Shown here piece after piece: positions 48,675 to 63,900 of a stretch of 64,000 bases of DNA. Numbering within the stretch: position 1 is the stretch's first letter; each line of letters opens with the position of its first letter. A model generated the notes under the pieces. The model was given only the letters and a program-made list of their open reading frames with translations, was not told the origin of the DNA and searched no databases. This DNA is from Tricharina praecox (lineage: Eukaryota). The stretch covers positions 434,001-498,000 of the forward strand of contig NW_026250423.1 in the NCBI RefSeq assembly GCF_024521635.1, in the 5' to 3' direction. The position numbers and the translations under genes were made by a program.

Positions 48675-51600
48675 CTAGCCAATCCCGCAACCACCGCAAC
48701 CACCTTCTCCGAAGGTAGGAGGGACCGCCCGGAAATGCAGCCGAAGGGAGGGAAGGGCTGACGAGTTGGAGGCGTCATCTAGGTTTCCCCCTCCCCATCC
48801 TCCCCCCTCCCCACCCCCCCATATTCTCCAGGCCGGCGGAGAGGAGCGAGGACTCTCTCGCTCTCTCTCTCTCTCGACCCGAGTTTGGAGTTGCCCTAGT
48901 TCTTGCCCGGTTCCTGACGCGGACGGCGGCGAGACAGATCTAAGGGAAGATAAGCAAGATGGGGAATAGTTAACATGATATTCTAGGTATTCTGGTACTC
49001 TAATGCTGGACATACATTCGGGTCGGATAGGTATGTAGCAACTTCTGAAAAAAGCAGAGTTCGAGCCCGAAAGACAAAAAAAGCACTTCTGGGCACTTTA
49101 TGTAACGTCCCCACTTTCCACCATCGTTCTTAGGGCTCCCCTACCTGCGGTCCTGCGGTCCCCTCGGTGGGGTCCTACTTGCAGCTAGATGGGGGGGAAG
49201 GAAGGCTTCGGGGCGTTAGCGTGCCAGATGGAAAGATGCGGAAGCCGAAGAACTCGTGAGATGTCTCACAGGGAGGAGCCACTGAAGATCCCGGCCAACG
49301 TACATACAGTAAGCATGTACGGTACCGTTACCGCACGCAACTAACTAAGGAACGCCTCCTTACGCAATGAAACAGAGCCTCATGGAAAGCCACCACGTAG
49401 CCGTTCGGCGTGAAGCTTGTGTGTATCCGATTTAGGATCGGACTTTCGGTATATGGAGAACACCAGCTGGAAGACGGCTCCATGGGTTTCGGCACTTGTG
49501 GGGGAGGTGGATGGGAGGGATCAGAGGGATGGGATGCACATACCCACCGCCCACATACACATACACATGCTCACACCGGTCCCCTCGGGCCTAGGCGGCG
49601 AGAATTTTCACGAGGCCATCCTCCAACCTCCCGGTCCAAACGGCTCGAATGATTTCTCGGAACCAACGCCTCGATGGGTTAAGGACGCTTCCAGCTCCCT
49701 CAATCGCGGACAAGAGTGAGCCCGAAGGACTCACGGCCGGGGTGGGGGGTGATGGTCGAGTGACCCGCTAAATCATGCTTAGCGATGGCCCGTCTATATT
49801 AAGGAGGCCGGATTGTTTTTTGGATTTTTTTTCTTCTCCATGGGATTTTCCGGGATGTCGAACGATCGTGACCGGAAGTCCCCGCATATACTATACTCTA
49901 ACTCTCCTTTTTTGCTCTTGTCTTTCAGATTCCCAGCCCCCGCGCAGAGGCCAGCTTGCTTGGGACTGCGAAACTGACTGGTGTACTCTAGTCGTAGTAG
50001 GTATCTGGGGGAAGAACGGATGTCTCTCCATCATCGCGTAGATGGCTTTGTGGCATCGATGCGAATCGGTGTCAATCGGGGAGGGGAGGGGGGAGGCGTG
50101 CAGATGGTCACGGGGGAGGGAGGGGAGCATACGGCATGATGGGCTGCAATGCGCGAAGTGAACCCTGCCAGGCATCACATCACATCACCCTCCACATTTC
50201 GAGAAGCAAGCCACCATCACCACCACCACCTTATGGTTTTTCCGGACGTCGTGGACACTCAGAGATCTTTACGGCCGCTACCCGTCACAAAGAAACGTGT
50301 CGCATATTCTTACCGCAATTGCCGTCGTCGGTGCGGAGCAAATCCCCCCCCTCTCCCTCCCCTCCCCCCCGCGCCCCCCAGTCGGCACTCTGCAGTGCTG
50401 TACTGTACTCACGGAACATCCAGCATTGCGTGGACATCATTTCCCGCGCTGCACATGGACGTCTCGAGCCTCGCCTGCGAACACCGTACCCGTTTCCATC
50501 GATCTTGGGGATGTGCGCGTGCGGAGACCTTCCCCACGGGCCAAGTCAGGCCTACTAGTATGTACTGTACAGTCGGTTTCGTCAGGAATGGATGGATGGC
50601 TGGATGTCTGGATGGGATGGATGAACATCTGATGCTGGAGCACTTGTGCTCTGCGGCACCAAGTACCAAGCACCAAATAACTACAGCGCTGGGCTGGCTG
50701 GGCTGGACTGGGGCTGCTGGTCTGCGGGGCTGCCCCCGGGACAGCAAGAATCTCCGGCAAGCGACATATACGAACGTCGAAGCGAAGTCTCGTCTACTCT
50801 TTTCGCTCTAGCGGCAGGTTCCTTGTGTCGTCCCCGTCCGCCGTGGATTTCCAATCGACGGCCGACCGATACAAGCGAGCGCCAGAGGGTGCGATCTCCT
50901 AGTTGTTAACTAACGGTGGGTGGTGACTCGCCCACGCGGCCTCCCTTCCCTCCCCTCCCTCCCTCCCTTCCCTCCCTATCAATCCCACGCCAGCAACTGT
51001 TTCACCAGTCTTCCCGAGCCCATCCCAAGGTTTTCTGGCGGTAGAGTCCGGTATGTACCACAGTGCTAAAGTGCTAAAGTAGCTCTTAGGGCCAGAATGC
51101 GTGTGTAGATATATAGTGGACGCGAGGGGGGGAGGGGGTAGGACGAGGGCCGCTACGTCTTTTCGGAGTTTGAGTTTCGCCGTTCGGAGGGAAAGACCGC
51201 GCGCACCTGTGAGCACGATCAACGCCTCCCCCTCCCCCCTCCACAACCCCAATGCCGCTCCGACGATCAGCGTTCCGCCGCCGCGACACGGCGACCTAGA
51301 GTACGGCTGTGCCTCTCTAGTAGCGTAGAATACCGTAGTAGACGCTGGGCCGATACGGTAAGGAACAGGAAAAGAAAGAAAAAAAGAAGAAAAAGAAAAG
51401 AAAAGTGAGGGGTATGATGTATGTACGTCTCCATTCAAGCTTATCTTGTACGACCTCGACCGAGTGGGCGTCCGAAGGTGGGCGAGCGAGCGCGTGCGGT
51501 TCGCAAGTAAGTATCTAGCATGTACCCATCTACTATTGGTAGCGCGATGTATGTAACTGTGTGTGGATGTAGTGTGTACTGGAGTACATACATGATGTAT

Positions 51601-51940
51601 GTAGTGTGTATGTCTGCATGTAGATATGTTCTGTATGGCTGTATGTACCTATGTCTGTATGTATGTAGGCACTATACTTATACTATATATTGCGGTGTCT
51701 CAGAGTACCAGCTTAGGTATCGACAACATCGGTTGGAGACTTGAGTCTTGGAGTCCAGTCCAGTCCAGTCCAGTCCGGCCACTGCAGTACAGTCCACTGC
51801 AGACCGACCGACCAACCGGGGAGCTCATGGGACCGGATTATTGTTTTTGCAAAAAACATCTCAAGTGTGGTGGGTAACTACCGGGCATCGTCAGTGGTCA
51901 CTCGCACCGTACCGCATCGATGGGCGGGCCGCGAGTAGGG

Positions 51941-52038
51941 CGGGCAATATCAAATTCTTCACGAAGGGGGCGGGCAGGACGGGCAATATCAAATTCTTCA
52001 CGAAGGGGGCGGGCAGGACGGGCAATATCAAAATCTTC
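51941..52038. repeat. 39-bp minisatellite, about 2.5 copies
   Basis: CGGGCAATATCAAATTCTTCACGAAGGGGGCGGGCAGGA starts at 51941 and 51980, with a partial copy at 52019. Confidence 0.9.
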
Positions 52039-54675
52039 CGGAGGACCGTGGGTTTTCATCACTCTTTTTGGATATTATTCTAGGACTGACTTTTTTCCAT
52101 TTATATTTATTCGATCCTTCCACACATCCATCCATGATCCATCCATCCATCCATAACCCCCCCCCCCCCCCCCACTCCAACTAACCAACCGCCTACGGCG
52201 CGGAAGTACATAACCCCAGCTCCACAGTTTGGGGGGATGGGGGGATCCGATGGGGATGGGATGGAGGGCGTTTGTGCCTGCCCGCCCACGTCTTTGGGTC
52301 GCTCCTTCATTTTTCCGGAAGGCCAGACAGCCAGACAGACAGTTAGACAGCTAGACAGCTAGACAACCAGACAGCTAGACAACCAGACAGCACTGATGCT
52401 TGATGCTTGATGCTTGGCACGCGACCCCAACCCCGACCCCAACCCCGACCCCGACCCCGGACGGTCCCAACGTGCAACCGCCTGTTTACCTACTCTACAT
52501 GCTCTACAGATTCGGGAGGCCGAGATGAGAACGAGGAGGAGGAGGAGGAGGGATGTGTGATGTGGATGTGAGTAACGGTTACTTTTTTCCCCGCCCCTTG
52601 CTTGCTTGCCGCGAACTACCTGGAAAAAACAGTCCCGATCGTCGAAAGCGTTCTTTCCTTCTTCTTCTTCTTTACCTTTACCGGATAGGCCCTGGACGGG
52701 GGATGCTCACATGCCAGACCAGACGCGAAGACTCCGCTGGACTCACTCACATGGACGAGGGCCCCACAGTCCACTGCCCAGGAGAAAGTAGGTTCCTACC
52801 TGTGGATGTACATACAAGGACAAGATGATTGCAGCTGTATGTGATGTTATTTTATGCTGTGTACGTACCGGCTAACTACATACCTAAGGTAACCTAGCCC
52901 ACACCGCTCGACTCTCGTGTCGAGAGCAGGTAGCACATGCGGAGATGTGGAGCATGGCATGGCATGGGACGGCCTGGGAGAGGGTCTGGTGGGAATCATG
53001 TTGGCTGGCTCACTGGCTGCGATGACTGGATCCGCTTGCTTGCTTACTTGCACCGGCCGGCCGGCCCAGCTGGATCGCAAGTTCGCAACAGCCAGCTTCG
53101 GGACGTCTCGATGGTACATACTCGACTCCCCTGCCCCCCTGCCCCAACCCACGTAGCTGCGGGCTGGCTTCTGGTGGGCAGTAGAAGTGTGGATTCTGGA
53201 ATGCCCCCCTCCCCAGTCTCCAGGCGCCTTCGATGATCGTGCCCCTCCCCCAGCCGTGATCGCCAGGAGATGAGCATAGGTATGCCCTCTGGATTTCCCG
53301 CTGCTACCGCCCACCGCCGAGCGCCGCGCAAACCCGGCCGGTATACGTAAGGGACATCTATCCACAGATGCGACAGCGGATGTTCCGAGCAGAGACTGCC
53401 GGGGGGAGGGGAGGGTAGAGGGGGCCTTGATGAGACATTATGCAGCTGCATCCTAAGATGGAGAACAAGCTCTATTTGACCTCCCTGCATCCATCCATCC
53501 ATCTCTCCATTCGTCTCTCCCTCCCTGGTAGGCAGGTTTGGCCTTTGGCCTTTGGGCGGGTGCGTCTGAGAGGAATGTGGTGGTGGTGTGGGTGCATGTG
53601 GAGTGAGTAGCAAGCAAGCAAGTAGAGAGAGCACCTGTCAAACATCGAACAGTGGGACAAACCCGGGCAGAGTAGGGTATGTATGTCTGTATGTAGGGTA
53701 TTATGACAGCACATGTAGTCAAGTCATATGTATGGTATGGTATGGTACCCATGGCGAAAACCGAATTCCATGCCCGTCCGTTCGCCTGGCTGTCCTGTCG
53801 AGGCCCAGCCACACACACACACACAGACACCCACCCCATCATCCATCGCTCCTCTGCTGATTATTATTATTTTGTCCCCGGCTTCCACCCTTCCTTCAGG
53901 ACAGCTGCGTCGGACCTACTTCCGGTTTGGGGCAGGATTGCTTTTGGGCGAGAGAGCCGAGGGAGGGAGGTCGACAGGAAATAATAATCTGCGTGGATGG
54001 GTGGATGGGTGGAATGGATACCTCCGCGTGTCGATTGCTATGCATGCATGCATGGCCGGTATCGTGGGCCCGCTGGATGGGGGAGGGCATCTGCTTGCTT
54101 CGGAAGTACATCCCGAGTTTCGATTGTGTGTCCACATGTCTCCCATCCTCTCCTCCAGTGGAGCACCGTACTCTATAATATGTATGCTACAGAAGCTTGG
54201 CTGTATCACTGAATGCGTATGGAACGGCGATGGTACACACGGGAGCTAGCACTCGAGGCGTGCCAGAGACGATGATGATGATCCAAACGGAGGATTCACC
54301 GGTACGGAAGGCTATCTGTAACCTACCCACCTACCCACTTACCTACTAGAAACGCGGAGATCGAGCCGCTGGATTGCTCACCAGGCACCGAGCAAGTCTC
54401 TGGAACATGTTGGTATTTCGGCGGAACGGATCAATGGTGCTATCCGTCCCACGACTACCGGAAAGTTGACCCCGGGCCAAGCTATTGCATATTGTCCTTC
54501 CAATCTATCAAAATTATCCCACTGTGAGTCCGTGCCGTCCAGGACCATGACAAGTGATTCCGTAGATACCGTCCATGATAGCGCAGCCTGGCGAGCGAGC
54601 GAGCGGTCAGGGTATCCGCTCCGCAAGTGAGAGGCGGCATAGCCATGGTCCATGGGCTACGAGATTGGCTGCTCG

Positions 54676-54677
<2 letters not shown>

Positions 54678-54714
<37 letters not shown>
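54678..54714. repeat. (CA)n microsatellite
   Basis: Direct read of the sequence. Confidence 0.9.
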
Positions 54715-54716
<2 letters not shown>

Positions 54717-57700
54717 CCATAGTTGACTACAGCTCAGCGAAGGATGCAGGATGGGATGCACGCCGGGATGTGACTCTCAAGATCGAAGATGTGGTACTCT
54801 ACACGTTAGTGCAAGCACTCTCCCCCCTCCCCCTCTTCCTCTCCCATCCATATCCACAGAATCGGCAAACAAACAAGCTGCAAGTTGGACCTGGAGATTG
54901 ATGAATGCACTGCATCACCGAATGGCAGGCAAGCAAGCAAGCAAGCACCCCCGCCCATCCTTCCTGAATCCTTCCTGCCGCTGCGGTTGGCCCACCCTTC
55001 CCCCCTCCCCTTGCTTGTTCCATCGACACGTGCGAGTATGCGCAGCGATCGTTGATGGGCGAGCTACGGTATCAACCGCCCGCCCGCTTTCGAATCAGAT
55101 GCAGGGCGCATAGGAAGGTCTGACCAACATGGGCCATATCGGTATACAGGGTAAGGGCGCTTTCTGGCTCCTCCTCCTCCTCCTTCTCCTCGGACCTCAT
55201 CCTCCTCCTCCCCTTCCTCCTCCTCCTCTGCTTGGTCGTCATCAAGCTGCTCCACGCAACCCCCGTTCTCCAGCCCTCCTCCTCCTCCTCCTCCTCCTCC
55301 TCCTCCTCGTCCTAGCCTTGAGCTCTACAGTGCATCACAAAGTACTGACCTCGACGCACGGGGTTGTCCAACCATACCATGCTACCTGGTGGCGGGAGCC
55401 CAGATAGAGTACATACATAACATACGGTACCTATACTTGGGGGGGTGGTGGGCATCCAGGGTGTTTACGCAAGCTTTGCATGTATGTACTTTGTACTCTA
55501 CTTGTGTATGTACATAGAGGGCAAAAGCACCAAGCTGGGGGGAAACGACCAGCGTCTCGCCTACAAAATTTCGTCTACCGATGTGCCTATCCTGCAAAAA
55601 GGCGTATCCTCCGTCCTCGCATCGCAGCTGTAGCCTGCTGCCTGTGTGGCCGCTGGCCGCTGGCGTAAGCGGGGCCGTTTCATTGGCAGGAAGTTGGAAG
55701 TTGCACCAGGAGGAATAGCAGGAGGAAGGGGTGTATAAAACATATTGGTTACTTACTTCCTACCTACTTGGCTACCGGTATGCTTGCTTGCTTGCTTGCA
55801 CCACCGGAACAATTGCGAGTATGTATGGATGTAGGTACCTTAGGTGAGTACTCTATACAAGCTCTAGAACCACGGAATCCGTCCGGGTTATCCTTTTTCT
55901 CTTAGGTTTCTTTTCTTTTCATGGTTGGTTTTCTTAGTTTTCTTTTCTTTCTTTCTCCTTCTGGCCGCCCTCACTCATGAATCATGATATTGCAGATAAT
56001 TGCACTTTGCCCCACTCACTCCGCCCCGCCCCCGGTGGCCTAAGGGTCACCGACTCACCAACAAACCCGCAAGAAGTATTTTGGACTGTATGTATGTAGT
56101 TGGCGAGACTAGTTACGACTGCGAGAACGAGAATCGGTTGATCATGCCAGCCTTTTCTTTTGTTTTTCTGGTTGTTGTTCTTCCTAGCTCCCCATGGCAT
56201 GGCCAGAAGTAAAAAACAATCAATAATCTCGGCATCCATGGACTATGGAACGTGGCCAGCCAGGGCAGCGGCAATTCAGGTAAGGCTGTAATCGCCGAAA
56301 ATGAAGATGCCATGGTGATGAGGATGGTGGTGATGGTGATGATGGTGATTATGGTGATGCTATCGCTAGACGTGCCGTGCTGTGCACTGGAATGTGCAAA
56401 ATCGTCAGAAAGCTTTCCCATTGCCGTCCTTCCCCCTGGCGAGCTTCACCGCGAAGCACTTGTCCAAAACCAGCGTTTTTTCTTCTCGATTATACCTGAT
56501 ACTCTAAAGTACTTACCGGTGTATACCTACGCCACCTGAGATGAGTAGAGTACGCACTCGACTCGACTCGCCTCGACTCTTCGGCGAAACCACCTGCTGG
56601 ATCGACTCGAAAATCGAAGCACTCGCGAGTCGCGAGTGAGTGGAACTGTGGAAGAATGAGCCCAGCAATCTGATACCCAAGTTTACCCATCTACAATGTA
56701 CATACCTGCCGATATCTCGGAACAAGCAAAAAAAAATAAAGACCCACTCACTCCTCCCCCCCTCCTCCTCTGCTTCTTTCTTCTTCTAATAATCCTCCGC
56801 ATGCACACCACCACTACCACCACCACTACTACCACCACCCCCATCCCCTCGTCCCGTCGTCCTCCACACGTTGACCAGTCCATCGTGACGATTTGGAAGT
56901 GGATATCGATAATCGATGTGCTGCGGATTCTTGTTCCCTCCCTTCCTCACCCACGCAACGCACTACGGTAGGTAGGCCCTAGGGGCTCATGCACGTACCG
57001 ATCCTGATAATCATCCAACCAACAAATATGATACCGCTGTGGTATTGACGTTGACGTTGACGTTGACGGGTACGCTGTTGGACCTTGCTGTTTAGATCTG
57101 CTGTTACTATTGCTACTATTGTTGTTACTACTAGCCACTACTATTGCTATTGCTACCACCACCGCCGTTGCAGTTGCAGTTGCCGCTGCTGTCACCACCA
57201 CCACCACCAGCGCCGAAACCGCCGCCGCCGCACATACCGGCACATACCGGTACATACCGGTACACACCTGTCTGTCTGTTAGTCGACGGCCGGGCCAGGC
57301 CTGGTGTGACCCGGATGCGGAACGACGGACCTTGAATCCCGAGTTGCCTTCCGGTTACGGCTAAGCCGTCGCGAGCGACTGACTCTCGCTCATGGGACGT
57401 TTTGGCTGGCCCCACCCTTCCCCCCATTCCCCCCCTCCCCCTCCCCCCCTCCCCGCAGCTGTCACACCGTTGACGGTGAGACACCTCCCAAGCCCCCAGC
57501 CCCAGACGAGGATGAGGACGAGGACGAGGGCCCTGCTTATGGTAAAATAAAAAACGCATGCTCTGCATAACAAATAAAAAAAGAGAAAGAGAGAAAGAGA
57601 GAGAAAGAGCTCAGAGCACACGCCCCCCGTGCGCCCCATCGGCCGGCAGTGGCTTGAAGGAAGCTTCGTCACTGCGTTGAATCGTGGGCAGCTAGAGTAC

Positions 57701-58536
57701 TTACACCTATTCCGGGCGCACGGCTGGAGACTACCTACCGTACTGTACTCGGCGATAACTACATTCCACACGACGCGCCAATTGCAATCACTAGTGACAA
57801 GTGAGCGGCCGAGTGAGTGCGTCCCCATGATCGCCGCCGCCGCCGCCCGGCGCCCGGCGGTTTCATCGTTTTCCTTTTCTTTTTCCGTTTCCTGAGCACC
57901 TCCGATCCGATGCCACGCCCCAGAAATGCGTGTATCTCATGTCTTCGTGCTTATCAATGCCACTGGGGGGAGGAAGGGAGGGAGGAAGGGAGGGTCAGAG
58001 CTCGAGCCGGAAGGTAGTTGTAACTTACCGGTGGGGGTAGTCGTGATCTGAGCTGTTGTGTTCGAACTTCGCCTCGCACGGCCTGGCCCGTTGCTGGTGC
58101 GACAAAGGCTCAACACTACAATCTTCCCCCCTCCCCCTTCGCGAATATGTACATACCCCCCCCTCCCCCCACAGTGCCGGTGGCGTAACTGGCGTTGGCG
58201 TTGATCTATGGGCAATGGGCGCGGAGCGTTGCGTCTGGTGCAGGTATGCAGGTAAAGAAGTACGTACCGTATGTATGCCTCAAGATATCTACCGATCGTC
58301 GGCAGAGCGCAAGCCGCAAACAGAAGCAGCGCTCACGGGCACCTTCAGCCAACCAACCAGCCAACCAGTCAGCTAACCGGAACGACGAAGCCGTGGGGGG
58401 ATATGTAGTTCTGCTGCGGAGCGGAGCAGACGGCTTCAATGTCCGAAAAACGCAGCCATGAGCCATGAGCCATGAACCATGGTGCCGTTCCTGCATATGG
58501 ATCCCATCCCCCAGCTCCTCGACACACCGTGCGCGC

Positions 58537-58610
58537 TCCCTCCTCCCCTCCCCTCCCCTCCCCTTCCCTCCCCTTCCCTCCCCTTCCCTCCCCTTCCCTT
58601 CCCTACCTTT
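58537..58610. repeat. (CCCCT/CCCTT)n polypyrimidine repeat
   Basis: Direct read of the sequence. Confidence 0.85.
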
Positions 58611-60902
58611 CCCCATCTCTCCCTCTACATATGTTGTCGTTCCGAGCCGGAGAGAAATCGAACCATACTTGCTCATCGTTCGGTCGGTCAGTCTGCTGAG
58701 CGAAATACCTAGTCCCAAGGCCCAAACCCAACCCATCCCAACCCACCCCACCTACTCTACTCTACTCTAGCTAGCGGCATCGTATCCACTGTGCACTGTG
58801 CAGTAGAGTATAGTAGAGTATAGTATAGTAACCTACATATGTCGAGTACATATGTACATGTATCTCAGGAGTAGTTGTGTACAGGTAGGTGTGTACAGGT
58901 ACGTACTGGGCTACCTCCTACCTACTCTACTGTACCGTGCATTAAGTATCCAGGCAAGTATCCAGGTATCCAGGTAAGGTAGACCCCCCCACTGCCCCCA
59001 GGCGTGCCGGGGGGACGCGCGCGCGCGGATATGGATATGGAGAATACCGTCATGTCGAAAAGCCAGGAAAAACATCTAAAAAGGGAAAAGGAAAAAAGAA
59101 AAGCCTGGCAGAAAAACAAAGACCAAAACAACAAAAGAACAAAAAAAAACAAGAATAAAACCGCCGGACCAGGGCTAGTCTACAGTAGTTTATCTAGTCT
59201 AGTCTAGTCTAGTCCAGTCTAGTCTAGTTTTAGGGGAGGGGGGGGGGGAAGGAAGATCCCCCCCCGGCCCTTTCCCCCCCCCACCCCTTCCCCCCAAAAA
59301 ACAAAAAACAAAAAAGCTCCCCGCGCGCGCGCGCGAGCGAGCGAGCTCCGATCTTCTCTTGAGCGAAAGCGACTGCGAGCGGTGAGACATTATAGTACTG
59401 ACTGGTAAGTAGAGTACATACGTTAACTATATACCATAAGCGGAATATTTGCCAACGCTACTGGGTTTAACTACAGTACTATATACGCGTACGTAGTAGA
59501 GTAGGTAGTAGAGTAGAGTACCGGTAACATGTATGAAGGCGAAGGGTGGGTATGTAGGGTGGGTACTTGGTACCGGCTGCTACAGATTGATGTGGATACA
59601 TTGTAGATATTGTGTTGTATTGCTACATAGTTGCCTAGGCCAGAAGCACTGCTGTGCGGTGCGGGACTGCGGTGTTGCGGTGTTGCGGTGGTGCGGTGGT
59701 GGTTGGTGGTTGGTGGCCCGTGGTGTGGGCAGTGGGTACTGGAGTCTGCGGGGATCGGATGGCGAGTGCGAGTCAGTCACTGGGCCGCATCGACGTCACT
59801 CGGTTCTTACGGACAACGCAGGTACACTACCGTATCTACATGTGAATGGGAAAACCTGAAACCCGTTCGTTCCCCTCCCACTCCCCCTCCCGAGTCCTCA
59901 TATGTAATATCGCAGCAATCGGTCTCCGCTGCTACCTCTGTTTCTAACTACATGTTACTCTGGCTCGGTCGGAGTCCGGCCGGACTGCTCCTTTTCCTTT
60001 TCCTTTTCCTCTTCCTCGCATGCGTTCTCGCACCCGCACCCGCACCCGCACCCGCAAAACACGAGCGAGCGAGGCGTTCGCGCCGGTATACCGGTGAGCA
60101 ACTATGCACCTAGGTGTGTACCATACCTATACCAACAATCCCGCCCCGCCCGCCCGCCCCCAGCGGAGTCTCCACGACGGTGAGGCAAGGCAAGGCAAGG
60201 CTGTGGCTTGGGCTGGGGCTTGCTTGCTTTTCGCTTATGTACGGTATGTCTAAGCCCCGCACGCAGGTTGGCAGGCAGGCAAGCAGGAACAATACCCGCT
60301 CTTGCGGGAATCGGGATATGCGGGGTCCCCATACTTACTTACTTACTTACCGTCCTATGTAGGTACATACTGTGCCCATCGCTTCCCATCCCATCCCATC
60401 CCATCCAGCCAACCAGCCAATTGCTTACTCGGCTCGACCATCCATCTCGTCTCCCAAAATTCAAAATTCAAAAAAATTTGCCGCGGGGGGCCTGGGGCGT
60501 TGCTTGAACTTGTTTCTCGTTTACCGGTTTGTCTGTATGTCTATATGTATATGTACGCACCACCACACTGCACACTGAACTGCACTGAACTGCACTGAAC
60601 TGTACTGTACTGTACTGTGCGAATTGAGCCTGAAACACTCGTCCACGCGGCACTCATCCACCATCCACCATCCATCCATCCACCAACTCATCCACCCCCA
60701 AGTTCCAAGTTCCAAATTCCAAATTCCAAGTTCCAACTTTCACAACCGGGAAAATAGTCGAGACGAGACGAGACGAGACGGGGGCTTTTTTTCTCTTTCG
60801 TACCCGCACGTAACTTCTCACCTACATAATTACCTACCTAAATACCTACGCTGGCGCTGCCGAAGCGCATCAATACATTATCCGGAACCCGGCGATGGTA
60901 AG

Positions 60903-60972
60903 CACACACCACACACCACTCACCACTCACCACACACCACTCACCACACACCACTCACCACACACCACACAC
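60903..60972. repeat. (CACACAC/CACTCAC)n heptamer repeat
   Basis: Direct read of the sequence. Confidence 0.8.
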
Positions 60973-63900
60973 GCGTAGCATCGAGGCGAGGGAGGGAGGG
61001 TTTGTATGCTTCGAATGAGGGAACTTCACTAGGAAAGTCGCAACCGCCCCCCACCCACTGCGGAGATCCGGGGGTAATCAGGGGGCGGGAGGGAGGGAGG
61101 GAATGCGGCCTGCTGGTTGACCAGTGGGTGGCGGGAGGGAGCGTCATTAGACGTCACTCGTGGCTCAGTGAGTGATCGCTTGTGTTCGAGAACGATCGTG
61201 CCGCGTTCGGTGGTTCGAACTTCGGGAGGGGTAGCGGTATCTACATAGAATAAAGTACATGGCCAAGCGTAAGGTATGGCTTTGGACTTTCGTAGGGTAC
61301 ATACACCGATCGATCTGGCTTGCGGGCTTGAGCTTGGGCTTGGGCTTGGGCGTACGATATGAGCTCTACGCCACCCGGCTCAAGTCCGTCGGCGTTAATG
61401 ACACAGCCGAATATACACGATCGGCAAGGCGATATGATAGTACCGTACACGCTGCTCGGCTTGCGGCGGGTACATTTTGTACATATAGTATGCACTTTGT
61501 ATGTTCTAAACGAGTAGATTGGAAACACTATTTCCCATTACCTCCTCTGTACCTATCTCTGTTATCCACCACCCTGGCGCGCGGAGAGGACGTCGCCTAT
61601 GTATGTCTGTACAATACTTACATACGAAATCAGCTCCTATATACCACTTTGCCGGGCCTCACCAGGACTGCCCGTGCCTGCCTTCCCTTCCGGGATATGT
61701 TCCTGGATACGGCAGCACAACGCACCGCAGATAGCCATCTCTCGCACTCTCGCACTCTCACTCTCGCGCCCAGGTGACCCAAGGGGAGGAGGAGGGGGGG
61801 GCCCGAACGCGCAAAACCCGGGCGCACGACAGTGGCGCGCACGGGGGGTGGGAACTTGGGAAGCTTCCCACGGGATTCGGGTGAAGTTTGTCCGGACTAG
61901 AGGGGCAACCGCCGCTGCTGCTGGTGCTGCTTCTGCTGTCTGAGCGTGATCGACGGGTCCGCACGCACGCACGCGGGAAACGCTGTCGTTTGGCGGTGAT
62001 CAGGGGCTGGTAGAGTAGTTACACCGTAACGGGGGGTGAGGATTGGGATGGCGGTTGAGCGTGCCAGGGGCTGCTGTGGACCTGCGGCCGCGTGTTCTCG
62101 GAGTGGGCTCATGTTGCCTCATGTCGCCTCACTCGGCGTGGACCGGGGAGGGCCCGAAACTGGCAGGACCGTATGTGACCCACCCCACCCCCTGGTGGAC
62201 TCGGTGCCTTTCAGTCTACGACAACCGTACGTACCGTGCTCTTGCTACTGCGCCACCCAATTTCGGCGTTGGGCGATAGCATTGGCATTGGCATTGTCTT
62301 TCGGCGTTGGGCGATGGGCGATGGCATTGGAATTGGCATTGGCATTCGCCACACCTGCTTGCCTTGTGTTTAGCAGCCGTTCGTGAATGCATGTATCCGA
62401 GCGGGAGATGAGTGGGAGACGTCGATCGAGCCGCGTTATCGAATCACTATTAACCCAGCCGCTTTGGGACACACATAGCTGTTATGTACTGAAGTCCATA
62501 TCATAAATATATGCGACCGCGAGCACACACACACGCAGCCTCCGTAGATTACCATGATCCCCCGCCCCAGCCCACTATGTACTGTTCATCGCTCTGTGTT
62601 GGACCGTTTTCGGCCATGACAGCATTAATGAACCCAACTCTGTGCTATACCTCAGCCTTATACCGTCGGCCCATGATCTCCATGTTTGGTAATGTCCACC
62701 GCGTTGATCTGCTTCGACAGCTGGGGGGAAAGGGAGGGAAGGGGGCTCGCGGCCGTCAATTTGAAATGGAAACGCGATCTCCACGATCACGGGAGGGGGT
62801 GTATGTTCGATGGAGCTGGAGCTGAACGTGAGTACTCGGCTTTTGACTGGTGTGGCCGCAGACCTCTCCGCCACACCTTGGGTCTGCAGCCGCAGCCGGA
62901 CCGGTACGGAGACTTTAATTCACGCTGTGGCTCGTGGCCGGTGGGTTCGCGTTCGTCGCAGGAGCAGTGTCGTGATTCGTGGCGGGCAGCAGGATGGGAA
63001 GGAGAGACCCGCCGAGTACGTACCTCTTCTTCGGTGACGTGACTTGACGTGACTGGAGTGCAGCATGCAGTCCGTCCCGGAAAAACCTGAGATGAAGTCC
63101 TGGGGGAGTTACCAGAGCGGAAGGACGGCGGTCGAATTGCGGAGGCGGCTTACGAGTCTAATCACGAATGATCACCGTCAATCAATCAATCAAGCCATAT
63201 AACAGCACCGAATAGCTGTGTAGGTATATACCTCCGAGATGATCCAATCACATGACCCGAATCACCGATATCACAACCGCGCTGGATAGATTACAATTTA
63301 CGTCGAACGTGATGTAAATCCTCCAGACACGTAAGCGTAGCCCCCACATCTCCACACTTGTGAGTCTCGCGAGGGCTCCAATCACCGCAAAGATCCCATC
63401 TGCCGGTCATCAGCGCTGACGAGATGGACGGTCTGCTTACGTGCCATCCTCACAGCACAGGATCGGACTGGACCGACCATACCTGCAAAATCCCTCGTTT
63501 GGGCCCACCAAGAGCTGCGTACTTGGGGAAATGTACATCTTTGCTCCGCACCGCTCAGCCGTGAGGCGAAATATTGAGTCCATGTACTTCTGGAGAAGAT
63601 TTGTCGCTGAGCGTGTTGACGAGATTGATTGGCGCGGGGTCATATGTACTTGTGTATGTACCTCGTGATGCCCAGTTTTCATTTCCCAAAGTCATCAAGC
63701 TACGATCCAAGTGATACGCAACACGCACTCGGCTTGAATATACATCCATGGCTTCTCCGAGTCCCCACTCGACATCTTCGCCTCGTGATGCTCGCCTCGT
63801 TGGGGCACCCTTAGGCATCCCATCTCTGCCAGCATGAACAGGTGAATATGACCAAAGAATTCACAAAGGAAAGTTCGCACTCGCACTATCCCTCCTAATT

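Noticed and set aside
51941..52038. Possible CRISPR-like repeat array
   Set aside because: The units are head-to-tail with no unique spacers, the context is eukaryotic and there are no cas genes.
63470..63565. CGACCATACC and CCGCTCAGCCGT, short words reminiscent of fungal 5S rRNA
   Set aside because: Spacing and intervening sequence do not fit 5S rRNA and there is no 3' half.
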